The translations under genes and the position numbers were made by a program. The notes under the pieces were generated by a model that saw nothing but the letters and a program-made list of their open reading frames with translations, was not told the origin of the DNA and ran no database searches. A stretch of 64,000 nt of DNA from Trueperaceae bacterium (GTDB lineage: Bacteria; Deinococcota; Deinococci; Deinococcales; Trueperaceae), in assembly GCA_965213705.1 (NCBI GenBank), contig OZ243913.1, positions 1,919,052 to 1,983,051 on the forward strand. The letters run 5' to 3'. Below, piece by piece: positions 36,096-46,035 of this stretch (positions are counted from its first letter, which is position 1; every line of letters starts with the position of its first letter).

Positions 36096-36674
36096 ATGTT
36101 GACCTTTACCGACACCGCCAGAGACCGCGTGCTTACTTTTATCACCGCCAACCGTTCACAAGACGTTGCCGCCCTGCGGGTGGCGGGCAACCGCGCCGAG
36201 CACAAACTGTGGCTTGTCAAGGAAGAAGACAAACAAAACGGCGACGAAGTGTTCGACGCGGGCGGCTTCGACGTGTACTTGGACGCTCTTAGCGCGCGTA
36301 ACTTAGACGGCGCGACGGTCGACTTCGTCGACGACGTGATGCAGAGCGGTTTTCGAATTGTCTACCCAAGTCCGAAGTGGGACGACCCGCTGTTGCAGCG
36401 CGTCCAGGACGTGCTCGACACCCAAATCAACCCCGGCATCGCCGGTCACGGGGGCAGCGTGAGCATCGCAAAGCGCGACGGCTCGACGCTGTACTTGTCG
36501 ATGGGGGGCGGTTGCCAAGGTTGCTCGTCGGCGCAGCTCACCTTGCGCCAGGGGGTCGAACAAATGATCAAGGCCGCCGTGCCGGAAATCGCGCACGTCG
36601 TCGACGTCACCGACCACAGCGCGGGCGAGAACCCGTACTACAGCGAAGAAACCGAGGCCTCACCATTGGCTTGA
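36096..36674 (+). CDS. NfuA-like Fe-S cluster carrier (degenerate A-type N-domain plus NifU C-domain)
   Basis: 192 aa. The Nfu motif GGGCQGCSSAQLTL is in the C-terminal half. The HesB/IscA-like N-terminal half lacks the Cys ligands. Confidence 0.85.
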   Translation: MLTFTDTARDRVLTFITANRSQDVAALRVAGNRAEHKLWLVKEEDKQNGDEVFDAGGFDVYLDALSARNLDGATVDFVDDVMQSGFRIVYPSPKWDDPLLQRVQDVLDTQINPGIAGHGGSVSIAKRDGSTLYLSMGGGCQGCSSAQLTLRQGVEQMIKAAVPEIAHVVDVTDHSAGENPYYSEETEASPLA

Positions 36675-36769
36675 AGAAAGTGTCTCGAGGACAGTCCGAA
36701 CCTCGTCTTAGAACGAACCCAGAGGACAGGAAAATAGACCGAGCCTTTTTTGTCGAGCCTTCCCGGTCT

Positions 36770-37645
36770 TCAGCCCGGCTGGCGCTCGAGCAGCTCCAAC
36801 AGGTATTGACCGTAGCTGTTTTTGGCGAGCGGTTCGGCCTGGCGCGTAACCTCTTCGGCCGTTATCCAACTTTGGTTGAAGGCGATTTCCTCCAAACAGG
36901 CGATTTTTAGGCCCTGGCGCTGCTCGATGGTCTCGACGAAATTGGCGGCTTGCAGCAGCGACTCGTGCGTGCCGGTGTCGAGCCAGGCCATGCCGCGGCC
37001 CATGCGCTCGACGCTGAGGTCGCCCGCCGCCAGGTAACGCTTGTTGATGTCGGTGATTTCCAGTTCGCCCCGCGGGGAAGGTGTGAGGTCTCGAGCAAAG
37101 TCCACCACCCGGTTGTCATAAAAGTACAGCCCGGTGACGGCGTAGTTCGACTTTGGCTTGAGAGGCTTTTCTTCGATGCTAAGCGCCTTGCCCTCGGCTC
37201 CGAACTGAACCACGCCGTAGCGTTCGGGGTCGCGCACCCAGTAGGCGAAGACTACCGCGCCCGTGTCCAGCGCCACCGCCCGCTGCAACATGCCGCTCAA
37301 GCCGTAGCCGAAAAAAATGTTGTCGCCCAGAATCAGGCAAACCTTGTCGTCGCCGACGAAGTTCGCGCCGATGACAAAAGCCTGCGCCAAACCCTCGGGT
37401 GCGGCTTGCTCGGCGTAGCTCAGCGTGAGGCCCCACTGTGTACCTTCTCCTAAAAGCTCACGGAAGCGGGGCAAGTCCTGCGGCGTCGAAATCACTAGGA
37501 TGTCGCGGATGCCGGCCAACATCAGCACGGAGAGTGGGTAGTAAATCATCGGTTTGTCGTAGACGGGCAGGAGTTGTTTGCTGAGCGTCTGCGTAAGCGG
37601 GTACAGCCGCGTACCCGAGCCGCCCGCTAAGATGATGCCCTTCAC
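36770..37645 (-). CDS. rfbA: glucose-1-phosphate thymidylyltransferase
   Basis: [35 protein letters not shown] is a canonical RmlA N-terminus. Confidence 0.95.
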   Translation of the reverse strand: MKGIILAGGSGTRLYPLTQTLSKQLLPVYDKPMIYYPLSVLMLAGIRDILVISTPQDLPRFRELLGEGTQWGLTLSYAEQAAPEGLAQAFVIGANFVGDDKVCLILGDNIFFGYGLSGMLQRAVALDTGAVVFAYWVRDPERYGVVQFGAEGKALSIEEKPLKPKSNYAVTGLYFYDNRVVDFARDLTPSPRGELEITDINKRYLAAGDLSVERMGRGMAWLDTGTHESLLQAANFVETIEQRQGLKIACLEEIAFNQSWITAEEVTRQAEPLAKNSYGQYLLELLERQPG

Positions 37646-37655
37646 CTTGAGACTT

Positions 37656-38711
37656 TCACACGTTCACGCCGAGGCGCTCGAGCTGGTAATCGCTGTCCAG
37701 CACGCGCCCCCACCAGTCCTGATGTTCCAAATACCACTGAACCGTTTTGCGAAACCCGGTTTGAAACGTCTCTTGTGGCGTCCAATTCAACTCGCGCGCT
37801 ATTTTCGAAGCGTCGATGGCGTAGCGCAAATCGTGGCCGGGCCGGTCTGCGACGAACTCTATGAGGTCGGCGTAGGGCTGGGCTCGAGGCTTCAGTTCGT
37901 CCAGCAACTCACAGATGAGCCTGACCAGCTCGAGGGTGCGCACCTCGTTATGGCCGCCGATGTTGTAGGTTTCGCCGGGCGTGCCCCCTTCAAGTACCGT
38001 GAGGATACCGCGGGCGTGGTCCTCGACGTAGAGCCAGTCGCGCACGCTCTCGCCCGTGCCGTAAACCGGGATGGGCTCGTCCGCTAAGGCTTTTAAGATG
38101 ACCACCGGGACGAGCTTTTCTGGGAACTGGTAGGGGCCGTAGTTGTTCGAGCAGTTGGTTGTCAGCACGGGCAACCCATAAGTGTGAAACCAGGCGCTCG
38201 CTAAATGGTCCGACGCCGCCTTGCTTGCCGCGTAGGGCGAGCGGGGCGCGTAGGGCGTAGTTTCGGTAAAAAGCTCGCTGCCAGAAAGCGTACCGTAAAC
38301 CTCGTCTGTCGATACGTGTAATAAGCGAAAGTTCGCTTTCTGTTCGCCCTCGAGCGTTTTCCAGTAGTGGCGGGCGGCCTCGAGCAGCATGTAGGTGCCC
38401 ACAACGTTTGTTTGCACGAACGCGTGGGGACCGTCAATCGAGCGGTCGACGTGGGTTTCGGCGGCTAAGTGCAGCACGGCGTCGGGCCGGTAGCGCTCGA
38501 AGACGCGCTTCAACTCGGCCCCGTCACAAACGTCGACCTGCTCGAAGCCGTAACGTGGGTCGTCGCTGACGGGCTCCAAAGCTGTCAAGTTGCCCGCGTA
38601 AGTCAACTTGTCGACGTTGATGACGCGGTAGTCCGTCGCCCCTACAAGCCAGCGCACGAGCGCCGAGCCGATAAAGCCCGCGCCGCCGGTGACCAAAACG
38701 GTTTTCGTCAT
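37656..38711 (-). CDS. rfbB: dTDP-glucose 4,6-dehydratase
   Basis: [12 protein letters not shown], the [10 protein letters not shown] catalytic motif, and a length of 351 aa. Confidence 0.95.
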   Translation of the reverse strand: MTKTVLVTGGAGFIGSALVRWLVGATDYRVINVDKLTYAGNLTALEPVSDDPRYGFEQVDVCDGAELKRVFERYRPDAVLHLAAETHVDRSIDGPHAFVQTNVVGTYMLLEAARHYWKTLEGEQKANFRLLHVSTDEVYGTLSGSELFTETTPYAPRSPYAASKAASDHLASAWFHTYGLPVLTTNCSNNYGPYQFPEKLVPVVILKALADEPIPVYGTGESVRDWLYVEDHARGILTVLEGGTPGETYNIGGHNEVRTLELVRLICELLDELKPRAQPYADLIEFVADRPGHDLRYAIDASKIARELNWTPQETFQTGFRKTVQWYLEHQDWWGRVLDSDYQLERLGVNV

Positions 38712-39286
38712 GGTTTCTCCTCGTCGGTGTTCTCATAGACAAAGGTGTTGTCCGCGTCGGCGAGCGGCGGTTGCGCCCGGTCACGTTTCGAAAGCAGCGG
38801 CTCGCCCAAACCCCAGTCGATGCCGAGCGCGGGGTCGTTCCACAGCACGCCGCGGTCGTGCTCGGGGGAATACTCGTGGCTGATTTTGTAGGTCACGTCG
38901 GCCGCCTCGCTGCGCACGACAAAACCGTGGGCGAAGCCGACCGGGACGAACAACTGATGTTTGTTGTCTTCAGACAACAGGGCGCTCACCCAGCGCCCGT
39001 AGGTCGGCGAGCCGCGGCGAATATCGACCGCCACGTCCAGCACTTCGCCCGCGACGACCGAGACGAGCTTGGCGTGGGCGGCCGGGGGCAGTTGGTAGTG
39101 CAGGCCGCGCAGCGTGCCACGCGCCGACCTCGAGACGTTGTCTTGCACAAACCTTGTCGTGATTCCGGCCTCACAAAATTCAGAGCGCTTGTAAGCCTCC
39201 ATAAAAAAGCCCCGCGCGTCGCGCCGCACTGTGGGCTTGACGAGGACGACCTCGGGGATGGCGAGCGGTTCGAAGGTGAAGCTCAT
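38708..39286 (-). CDS. rfbC: dTDP-4-dehydrorhamnose 3,5-epimerase
   Basis: [11 protein letters not shown].., RGLHYQ, and VPVGFAHGF. It overlaps both neighbouring genes by 4 nt. Confidence 0.95.
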   Translation of the reverse strand: MSFTFEPLAIPEVVLVKPTVRRDARGFFMEAYKRSEFCEAGITTRFVQDNVSRSARGTLRGLHYQLPPAAHAKLVSVVAGEVLDVAVDIRRGSPTYGRWVSALLSEDNKHQLFVPVGFAHGFVVRSEAADVTYKISHEYSPEHDRGVLWNDPALGIDWGLGEPLLSKRDRAQPPLADADNTFVYENTDEEKP

Positions 39287-40011
39287 GCGGGTGTCTTAAG
39301 CTCGACTTTGAGAGCCTGCCAACGCGAGACGTCGAGCGAGATGTCGTCGGGCAAGGCGACGCCGGCTGTAGTTTTGCTGCCCCGCGCCACGTCCGGCTTG
39401 CGCCGCCGCGCCAGCTCGAACACCGACTTGCGCTTCGTAGCGATGTGGAGCGTGTCGAAGGGTACGGCCTCAAAATGCTTGATAACGAAGGCGATGTCGG
39501 GCGCGATGACGTCCACATAGTCCTGCGAGGTGTAAACGTCTTCGAAGGCCGTAGGGTAGGGCCATTCCCTGGGCCGAAAACTGGTGCGGACAACGAGGTG
39601 GCGTGGCAACAGTCTCACCACTTCTTCGGCGACGAGTTTGGACAGCGCGTAAACGTTGCGCACCGGCCCGAGCGGGTCGTCCTCGCGGTAACCGCCGCGG
39701 TCGCCGTAAAACACGTAGTCGGTCGAGACGTGAAGCAGCGGAATCTCATGCTCAAAGGCCGCCCGAACGAGGTTGCGCGTGCCTCCGACGTTGACCCGCC
39801 AGCACGCTTCCCGCTCTTTCTCGGCTCCCGCGACGTCCGTGTAGGCGGCGGCGTGGACGATGAGGTCGGGTCGGTAACGAGTCACGCCGGCGTTCACACT
39901 GTCCGGGTCGGTGATGTCCAGGTCGCGGCTCGAGGGTGCCGTCAAGCCGGGCAACAGCGCAACAAGTTCGCGGCCCAAGCGCCCGCTACCGCCGGTGAGT
40001 AAAATAGTCAC
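39283..40011 (-). CDS. rfbD: dTDP-4-dehydrorhamnose reductase
   Basis: MTILLTGGSGRLG.., HAAAYTDVAGAE, and YALSKLVAE. It is the first gene of the rfbDCBA string. Confidence 0.9.
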   Translation of the reverse strand: MTILLTGGSGRLGRELVALLPGLTAPSSRDLDITDPDSVNAGVTRYRPDLIVHAAAYTDVAGAEKEREACWRVNVGGTRNLVRAAFEHEIPLLHVSTDYVFYGDRGGYREDDPLGPVRNVYALSKLVAEEVVRLLPRHLVVRTSFRPREWPYPTAFEDVYTSQDYVDVIAPDIAFVIKHFEAVPFDTLHIATKRKSVFELARRRKPDVARGSKTTAGVALPDDISLDVSRWQALKVELKTPA

Positions 40012-40532
40012 AGGGCCATCTTATACCCTTTGCGTTCGAATCCCTTGGACTTAAACGTGAGCAAGCCGTCCTGAACCACAGGTAGTAGACCTTGATTGAT
40101 GGGCGCTGAGCCGTCGCCGAACAGTCCGCTGGTCCAGGACTGTCCAGTGAGAAGTTTCCGTCACGGACTGAAGACAAAGAAGCGGGCAACTCTGCCAGGG
40201 ATTGCGAGCTTAGTACCGAAATTCATACCAAACCAAAAAAAGCGGTGGAGTCAGGGCGCACGTGTCCAGGTTTTTTCAAAGGCCCGTGCGGCTTTCGGGG
40301 TAGTTTTGTAAAGCTTTACCCTCTGAAACCGAACCGCCAAGGGGTTGAGAAGCTACCTGTCAGAGAGGCCTTTCATCGCGCTTGCAGAGACCAGGCCACG
40401 CGTGCGTCCCTTACCCTTCTCACGGTCGGCCGTCCGCGCTACGCCCGGAGGGGCGTGTTTCGTCTACTCCACTTTTGCCCCGCTGAACCTCCTGTAACAG
40501 TGCCCGAACCTTGGACTGGCTATGATAGCGCT

Positions 40533-40928
40533 ATGACTTTTGAAGCTTTTCGCGCTATGGCGGAAACCATGTTCGACGAGATTCCCGACGAGTTCGTCCG
40601 CGGCTTGCAAGGTCTCCACGTGTTGCCGGAGGCGAAACCGGAAGCGGATTTCGAGGACGTTTACCGCATGGGTGAGTACCTGGACCCCGGCTTCGACCAC
40701 TTTTTGGGGGGCAACCCCGGTTTGGGACGGCATGTTGCGCTTTACTACGGCTCTTTCAAAGCCGTTGCCGGGGGCCACCCTGAGTTTGACTGGGAGGACG
40801 AGCTGTGGGAAACCCTGACCCACGAGTTGCGCCACCACGTCGAATCGCTGGCTGGTGAAGACGGGCTCGTGCAAGACGACCGGGAGCGCACGGCAGCTTT
40901 CAAACGCCGTCCGCGTACGGCCGAATGA
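40533..40928 (+). CDS. minimal zincin metallopeptidase-family protein (DUF1025-like)
   Basis: 131 aa from ATG 40533, with the HELRHHVE zinc-binding motif. The upstream part of the long ORF looks non-coding. Confidence 0.75.
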   Translation: MTFEAFRAMAETMFDEIPDEFVRGLQGLHVLPEAKPEADFEDVYRMGEYLDPGFDHFLGGNPGLGRHVALYYGSFKAVAGGHPEFDWEDELWETLTHELRHHVESLAGEDGLVQDDRERTAAFKRRPRTAE

Positions 40929-41275
40929 GTACGTCCGCCGACCCTGACACGGCGCTCTGGGTAGAGGGCGTGCGGTTGTTCGGCTTAGGCGAGTATTGGG
41001 AGTGTCACGAAGTTTTGGAGCCGCTGTGGCTGGCCTCGAGCGACCTGGACAAACACTTTTACAGCGGCGTCATCCTGCTCGCGGCGGCGTTGCACAAAGC
41101 GCGGTCGATGGGCAGCGCGCGGGGTGGGCGGCGCAACTACGCCAAGGCGCTGGCCCACCTGGCCCTCGTCCCCGACTTGTACCGGCATGTTGAGGTGCGC
41201 AAGCTCGAGGCTGCGGTTCACGCCGCTCTGAGCGACCCCACCTTGCGGCCTTCGCTAAACGGCGCTCATGGCTGA
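40925..41275 (+). CDS. DUF309-family protein
   Basis: GVRLFGLGEYWECHEVLEPLW..GVILLAAALH pattern. It overlaps the upstream gene by 4 nt. Confidence 0.8.
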   Translation: MSTSADPDTALWVEGVRLFGLGEYWECHEVLEPLWLASSDLDKHFYSGVILLAAALHKARSMGSARGGRRNYAKALAHLALVPDLYRHVEVRKLEAAVHAALSDPTLRPSLNGAHG

Positions 41276-41525
41276 TTCCGAAAAACCCGACAAGCTGCCG
41301 CACGACCAGAGCCGGGCACGCCGCCCGCCGACGTCTACCCGCTTGCAGCGCAGCCGGAACCGCGTCGTTGCCGGGGTGGCGGGCGGACTCGCCGAGTACA
41401 TCAACGCCGAACCCACCGCGGTGCGGTGGGTTTTCGGCGTTGTCGTCGTTTTGTCGGGGGGCGTGTTCTTAATTGCTTACGGGCTGCTGTGGTTGCTCTT
41501 GCCTGCCCCACCCGCAGAAACGTAG
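41268..41525 (+). CDS. PspC-domain membrane protein
   Basis: RLQRSRNRVVAGVAGGLAEYINAEPTAVRWVF followed by a TM segment. Confidence 0.8.
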   Translation: MADSEKPDKLPHDQSRARRPPTSTRLQRSRNRVVAGVAGGLAEYINAEPTAVRWVFGVVVVLSGGVFLIAYGLLWLLLPAPPAET

Positions 41526-41535
41526 TCGAACGTAG

Positions 41536-43101
41536 TTAAACGACCAAGCGAATAGGCGTGGCGAGCAAGTCGGCGACCGCCGCTAAAAATCTTGCACCCT
41601 CTTCGGCGGTCAAGTCGCCTGACAGCGACAAGGTGCCGGTGTAACGGCCCGCGTCGCCGTCTAGCAGGACGCGGCCGAGCGTCAAAACGGGTGCGCCCGC
41701 GTTCAAAACGGCCTCGTCGATGTCGAGTTCGGACATGTCGGCGACGATGACGGCGAAGCTCGAGCCTTGGGCCGTCTCGGCGTCGGGCCGCGCTACTTCG
41801 GAGACCAGCTCTCTAAAGGGCCGCTTCAATATGTCGGGAACGGCGGCAACCTGTACGGCCCGGTCACCGAAGACGGCCAAACCGACGGTTCCCCGCCCGT
41901 TGAGGGGCGCGGCGCCGAGGGCTTTGGCGGCGGCGCGAAGCAGCAGACTGCTCGGGCTGACCGGGCCGGCTACCTCTTGCCCGAGGGCGGCTTGCGCCTG
42001 CCTGAATTCGGTGAGGTCGACGTGGCGACGCAGCAAAAGCCCGTAAGACACCAGCGAGGGCGCGGCTTGACTTTGTGCCGCTTTGCTTTCAGCCCCGGTA
42101 GTCGCGAGGTTGGACTCGTCAGGCATAGGTGCGGCGTCCTCGAGCTTGGTCTCAGTCGTCCCGTAGTGCGTCTCGTTCCTTGTGTTGTCGGCGTTGTCCA
42201 AAAACAAAGACGCCTTATCTTCGGCTTCGTCGGTAGTTGCTCCGCCGAACAGGGCGACGTCGGGTGTGTCGGGATTTAGACCTTTTGCGGACGTTGCGGC
42301 GAGCATCTCGTCCTCGTCCGTGTCGGCAAAATCGTCTTGGGTGTCGAGACCGCTCAGGACGCCGAACTCGGCCGGTCGCGCGGCTGGCGCGGTGTCCAAG
42401 GTGTCGCCGAAGTCGCTGTCGAAGCTGAAGTCTGAAGCGGCTTGGTTCTGCAGGGTTGGGTCGGCCTCGACATTTTCGGCTGCCGTGACACCTGTCGTGA
42501 CACCCAAGTCGAAAGACAGACCCAGGTCGGTAGATGTTTCATCGGTGTCGAAAGTGACACCCTCGCCGAACGCGTCGTCCTCGGCAAAGAGCGTGTCGGG
42601 AGCGGCGAGGTCGGGCGCACGGTCATCCTGAACACCGCTCTCGCTTCTGAGTTCGTCTTCTGAGTCGTCGAACAAAAAGATGTCGTCGTTGATGGCGTCC
42701 TCGGCTTCGGCCGCGCTTGCGGCCCGGCTTATTTCAACCCGCGGCGTGGCTGCAGCCAGCGTGCCGAACGACTCATCCGTCAAAAGCATTTCGTCGGCTG
42801 CATATTCGTCGGCCGCGTATTCGTCGTACGCGGGTTCGTCGTCCGCGACTTGCACCGGCGGCCCACTGCTTTTCAAGGCGGTCGCTTGGGCTGAGGTTTC
42901 TTCAGGCCAGGCTTCCATGCCTGCGGGTAGGGGTTCGGGTGTCGGGTTCAGGTCTTCTTCACCGGCCATGACCCGCGCTAAGTATTCCAGGACGTCGCGT
43001 TCGACGATGCGACCGTCGCTGCCGCTGCCGTATAAACCTTGCCATTCGACATTGTTTTCCTCGGCAAGCCGTTTGGCTAGCGGGGAGATATCGGGTTGCA
43101 C
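41536..43101 (-). CDS. E2-acyltransferase-like protein: E3-binding (PSBD) domain, long acidic linker, catalytic-core-like domain lacking DHR
   Basis: 521 aa. ISPLAKRLAEENNVEWQGLYGSGSDGRIVERDVLEYL is PSBD-like. About 300 aa are D/E/T/A-rich and low complexity. The C-terminus reads ..TLSLSGDLTAEEGARFLAAVADLLATPIRLVV where E2 enzymes have ..LSFDHRVIDGA..ARFL. No lipoyl domain. Confidence 0.85.
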   Translation of the reverse strand: MQPDISPLAKRLAEENNVEWQGLYGSGSDGRIVERDVLEYLARVMAGEEDLNPTPEPLPAGMEAWPEETSAQATALKSSGPPVQVADDEPAYDEYAADEYAADEMLLTDESFGTLAAATPRVEISRAASAAEAEDAINDDIFLFDDSEDELRSESGVQDDRAPDLAAPDTLFAEDDAFGEGVTFDTDETSTDLGLSFDLGVTTGVTAAENVEADPTLQNQAASDFSFDSDFGDTLDTAPAARPAEFGVLSGLDTQDDFADTDEDEMLAATSAKGLNPDTPDVALFGGATTDEAEDKASLFLDNADNTRNETHYGTTETKLEDAAPMPDESNLATTGAESKAAQSQAAPSLVSYGLLLRRHVDLTEFRQAQAALGQEVAGPVSPSSLLLRAAAKALGAAPLNGRGTVGLAVFGDRAVQVAAVPDILKRPFRELVSEVARPDAETAQGSSFAVIVADMSELDIDEAVLNAGAPVLTLGRVLLDGDAGRYTGTLSLSGDLTAEEGARFLAAVADLLATPIRLVV

Positions 43102-43343
43102 GTGTGCCTCCTAGTCAACGCTCCGAACCTGCGGGCATGTTGACGCCGTCTCGAAGCCGGTCTGTGTTTAGTCTGCGCCGTGCGGGTTTGCGGTGCAGCG
43201 ATAATTCTAACTTTGCTCGCTCCGCGTCAACGCCGCGCCGTCGCCGAGCGTGTTAGGGTAAGACCTCTCAACCTGACGAACCGGGCTGTAAACCCGCCAG
43301 GAAAAGTCCGTGGGTAAACCAAACAAACCAGAGGTGCAACCGC

Positions 43344-43655
43344 GTGAAGCAAGTCAGCGCCGCCGTCCTGCTCGAGAAGTTGGCTCAGGAAGAGCCGGTT
43401 TACCTGCTCGAGCTTCGCCCTGAAAACTTTTCGGCAAACGCCCTAGCGGGTTCACGGCCGCTCAGCCTTGCGGCGCTGCAAGCCGGCGACGTGCCCGACA
43501 TAGCCAAAACCGCGCCTGTCTATCTCATTTGCGAGCGAGGCGCGGTCAGCGAACTTGCCGGACTGTACTTAGAAGCGGCCGGTTTCAGCGAAGTCTACAG
43601 CGTGACGGGCGGTTTGAGGGCTTACCGGGCGCTGCAAACGAAAGACTTACCGTAA
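43344..43655 (+). CDS. rhodanese-domain sulfurtransferase
   Basis: 103 aa with the active-site loop CERGAVS. GTG start. Confidence 0.8.
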   Translation: MKQVSAAVLLEKLAQEEPVYLLELRPENFSANALAGSRPLSLAALQAGDVPDIAKTAPVYLICERGAVSELAGLYLEAAGFSEVYSVTGGLRAYRALQTKDLP

Positions 43656-43781
43656 GCGTGGTGGGTTCCCGGGGACGTCGTTGCAGCGCCTTGAGAAACG
43701 CGTTACCGCAAAGCGCTGACGGCTGCTGAGGACTTACGGCTCAGAGAAGGGTCTGCAAACAGGTAACGCGGCGGGTGCGGG

Positions 43782-45113
43782 TCAAGGACTCCACGCTTGG
43801 TAGATGTTGTCGTTGATAAAGGTTTGCAGGAGCGCCGACCCGTAGACGGGCACGTCGATACGCACCCTTTCGTCGGGTCCGACGGTGTTTTCGTAAACGA
43901 CACGCTCGCCCTGGTCGTCGAGCACTTTGAGGGTGAGTTTGTAGTCTTGAGCGTTCGAGGCCACACCCTGCTGAGTGGGGTCGAAGTCGAAGGGAATCAC
44001 GCGCGCCCCCGTCGCCGACTCGCCGGGAACCGGGCTGAGGACCGAGCCGTCGTCGGTTTGGAGCCCGCTCGAGCCCGGACGACCTACACGACCCACCTCG
44101 TTTAGACCGGGTGTCGCCGCGCTGTTGGGAAACACACTTTCTTGTTCGAACGGGATAGGCCCGTCAGCCGAAGGCGTGCCGGCGCTGTTCAGGGTCAGGC
44201 TGACCGGCGAGCCGGTCAGCGTGTAGCCTGCGGGTTCGAAGCTCACCACACCCCCCGGTCGGGCGGGGTCGTCAACGTAGGACACCGCTCCCAGCGAAAG
44301 GCCGCCCGCACTTAAGAGCAGTTGCGCCCTGGCGAGCGACACGCCGCTCAACTCAGGCACTCGGGCGACCGTTGCGGTCGACAGGGTGTACTGCAAAACG
44401 ACTTGCGCGTTGAGGTGCGTTTCTTGACCTGCGCTCGGCAACTGGTCGGTCACGGTAAAAGGCCGGTCAAAGCTCACGCCCGTCGCCGTCGTGACGACGT
44501 TGCTGAACCCGAGCGAGCGCAAGCGGTTTTTGGCGGTGTCGATGTTCAGGCCGCGCAGTTGCGGCAGCGTCACCGTCGGTACCTCGGGACCCCGGCTGAC
44601 GACGAGGTCGACGGCGGCGTTCGCCGCGACGCTTTCGCCTTCGGCGAGCGACTGCGCGACCACGCGACCCTCGGGGGCGTTGTCGAACCTGAAGGTCACC
44701 TCACCCAGCTCGAGCCCGGCGGCGTTCAGAAGCTGTTCGGCCTCCTCTTGGGTCGAGGCCGCGAGACCGGGCACGCGCCCGCCCGCGCTGGCCTCGTTGA
44801 CGCCCAAGCTGACGCTGCGGCCCTCACGCACCAAGCTTCCCGGTTGCGGCGTTTGCGACGTCACGGTGTCGAGCGCCGCGTCCGCGACGGTCTCGGCAAA
44901 GGTAACCGGTTCCAGGCCGAAAGTCTGCAACAGCGTCACCGCCTCCGCTTTCGGCAACCCGACGACGCTCGGCAAGCGTACCTCGCCGACCTCGAAATAC
45001 CGTTGCAGCACCGCGCCCGCGTAAAGCGTCAGGCCGACCAGCAGGCCGACGACCAGGCCCAGACGTATGAAATTGCCGTAGGAGCGCGGTTGCGAGAGTG
45101 TCCGTCTAGCCAC
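43782..45113 (-). CDS. membrane-anchored PASTA-repeat protein (no kinase or PBP domain)
   Basis: 443 aa. An N-terminal TM segment, about four PASTA-like repeats (VPSVVGLPKAEAVTLLQTFGL.., LPQLRGLNIDTAKNRLRSLGF.. and others), then a beta-rich C-terminal domain. Confidence 0.85.
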   Translation of the reverse strand: MARRTLSQPRSYGNFIRLGLVVGLLVGLTLYAGAVLQRYFEVGEVRLPSVVGLPKAEAVTLLQTFGLEPVTFAETVADAALDTVTSQTPQPGSLVREGRSVSLGVNEASAGGRVPGLAASTQEEAEQLLNAAGLELGEVTFRFDNAPEGRVVAQSLAEGESVAANAAVDLVVSRGPEVPTVTLPQLRGLNIDTAKNRLRSLGFSNVVTTATGVSFDRPFTVTDQLPSAGQETHLNAQVVLQYTLSTATVARVPELSGVSLARAQLLLSAGGLSLGAVSYVDDPARPGGVVSFEPAGYTLTGSPVSLTLNSAGTPSADGPIPFEQESVFPNSAATPGLNEVGRVGRPGSSGLQTDDGSVLSPVPGESATGARVIPFDFDPTQQGVASNAQDYKLTLKVLDDQGERVVYENTVGPDERVRIDVPVYGSALLQTFINDNIYQAWSP

Positions 45114-45247
45114 GGGCGAAGTTTACCACGGGGGCCGGCGTTCCAGGGTAAGAGCGGGCTAAGAGCGGGCTAAAAAAGCGTCACCGGTTCTTTTGGCGAA
45201 CTGCAAGCCTGCAAAAACCGCGCCTACAAAAACCGCGCCGCCCGCCG

Positions 45248-45895
45248 GTGTATCCTGTCACTATGACAGGCGGTAACTTGCCCGGGCCCAGCCTCCTCAC
45301 CTCTTTGCGACCGGACGAGGTAGGTGGGCGCCATCCTGAGTTGGCGGCGCTCAAAACGTTGCACCTGAACGGTGTGCCCGTGGCCCCGGTCTTGGTCGTT
45401 CCGGCCGGCGCCGAAGAGCGGTTTTACCGTTTGAACAACCTGACTCTGCAACTAGCGGCGCTGTTTCACGGGGTCGACCCGGCCGACCCCGACGAAGACG
45501 ACTTAGAAGAGTTTGCCCCCGCCGCCCTGGCCCTGTTCAAAACCCACTTCTTGCTCGACGAATTCATCGACCTGTTTTACGACGCGCTGACCGCGCTGCC
45601 CGGCAGTCTGCAGGTTCGGCGGCCCGGTCGGGCCGGCCTCAAAAGCGTGCGGGGTCGCCCCGCGCTGGTCGCGCTCAAAGACACGTGGGCGGCGGACTGG
45701 AGCTTCGGAGCCCTGGCGGAGCGTTTAGGGCGTACCCGGGCACTCGTTCCCGAGCCCCGCCCCGTCTTGTTCAGCCCCGCTCCAGAATGGCCGGCTCCCC
45801 AGGAGCAGACCGAGCGAGTTCGTGAGCTTTTGCAACGTCCCGTTCAGGTGTGGACGAGCGACTTAGGTATCAGTCGTCTGAACCTCGGTGCTTGA
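45248..45895 (+). CDS. hypothetical protein with a PEP-utilising-enzyme N-terminal-like segment
   Basis: 215 aa. VGGRHPELAALKTLHLNGVPVAPVLVVPAGAEERFY is reminiscent of the start of PPDK_N (GGKxxxLxxL..G.pVP.g..). The assignment is weak, and the start is either GTG 45248 or ATG 45263. Confidence 0.55.
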   Translation: MYPVTMTGGNLPGPSLLTSLRPDEVGGRHPELAALKTLHLNGVPVAPVLVVPAGAEERFYRLNNLTLQLAALFHGVDPADPDEDDLEEFAPAALALFKTHFLLDEFIDLFYDALTALPGSLQVRRPGRAGLKSVRGRPALVALKDTWAADWSFGALAERLGRTRALVPEPRPVLFSPAPEWPAPQEQTERVRELLQRPVQVWTSDLGISRLNLGA

Positions 45896-46035
45896 GGCTC
45901 GTTGCTCAGGGCTGGCTGCTCAAAATGTAGGGCGCGGTCGCTACTTGAGAGGTGACAAAAGCTGAGTGGGCGCGTCGGCTGCATGACGCGTGTCCCGGCC
46001 GCCTTGGCGCTAAGGTTGAGGCTTAAGGAGACGCC

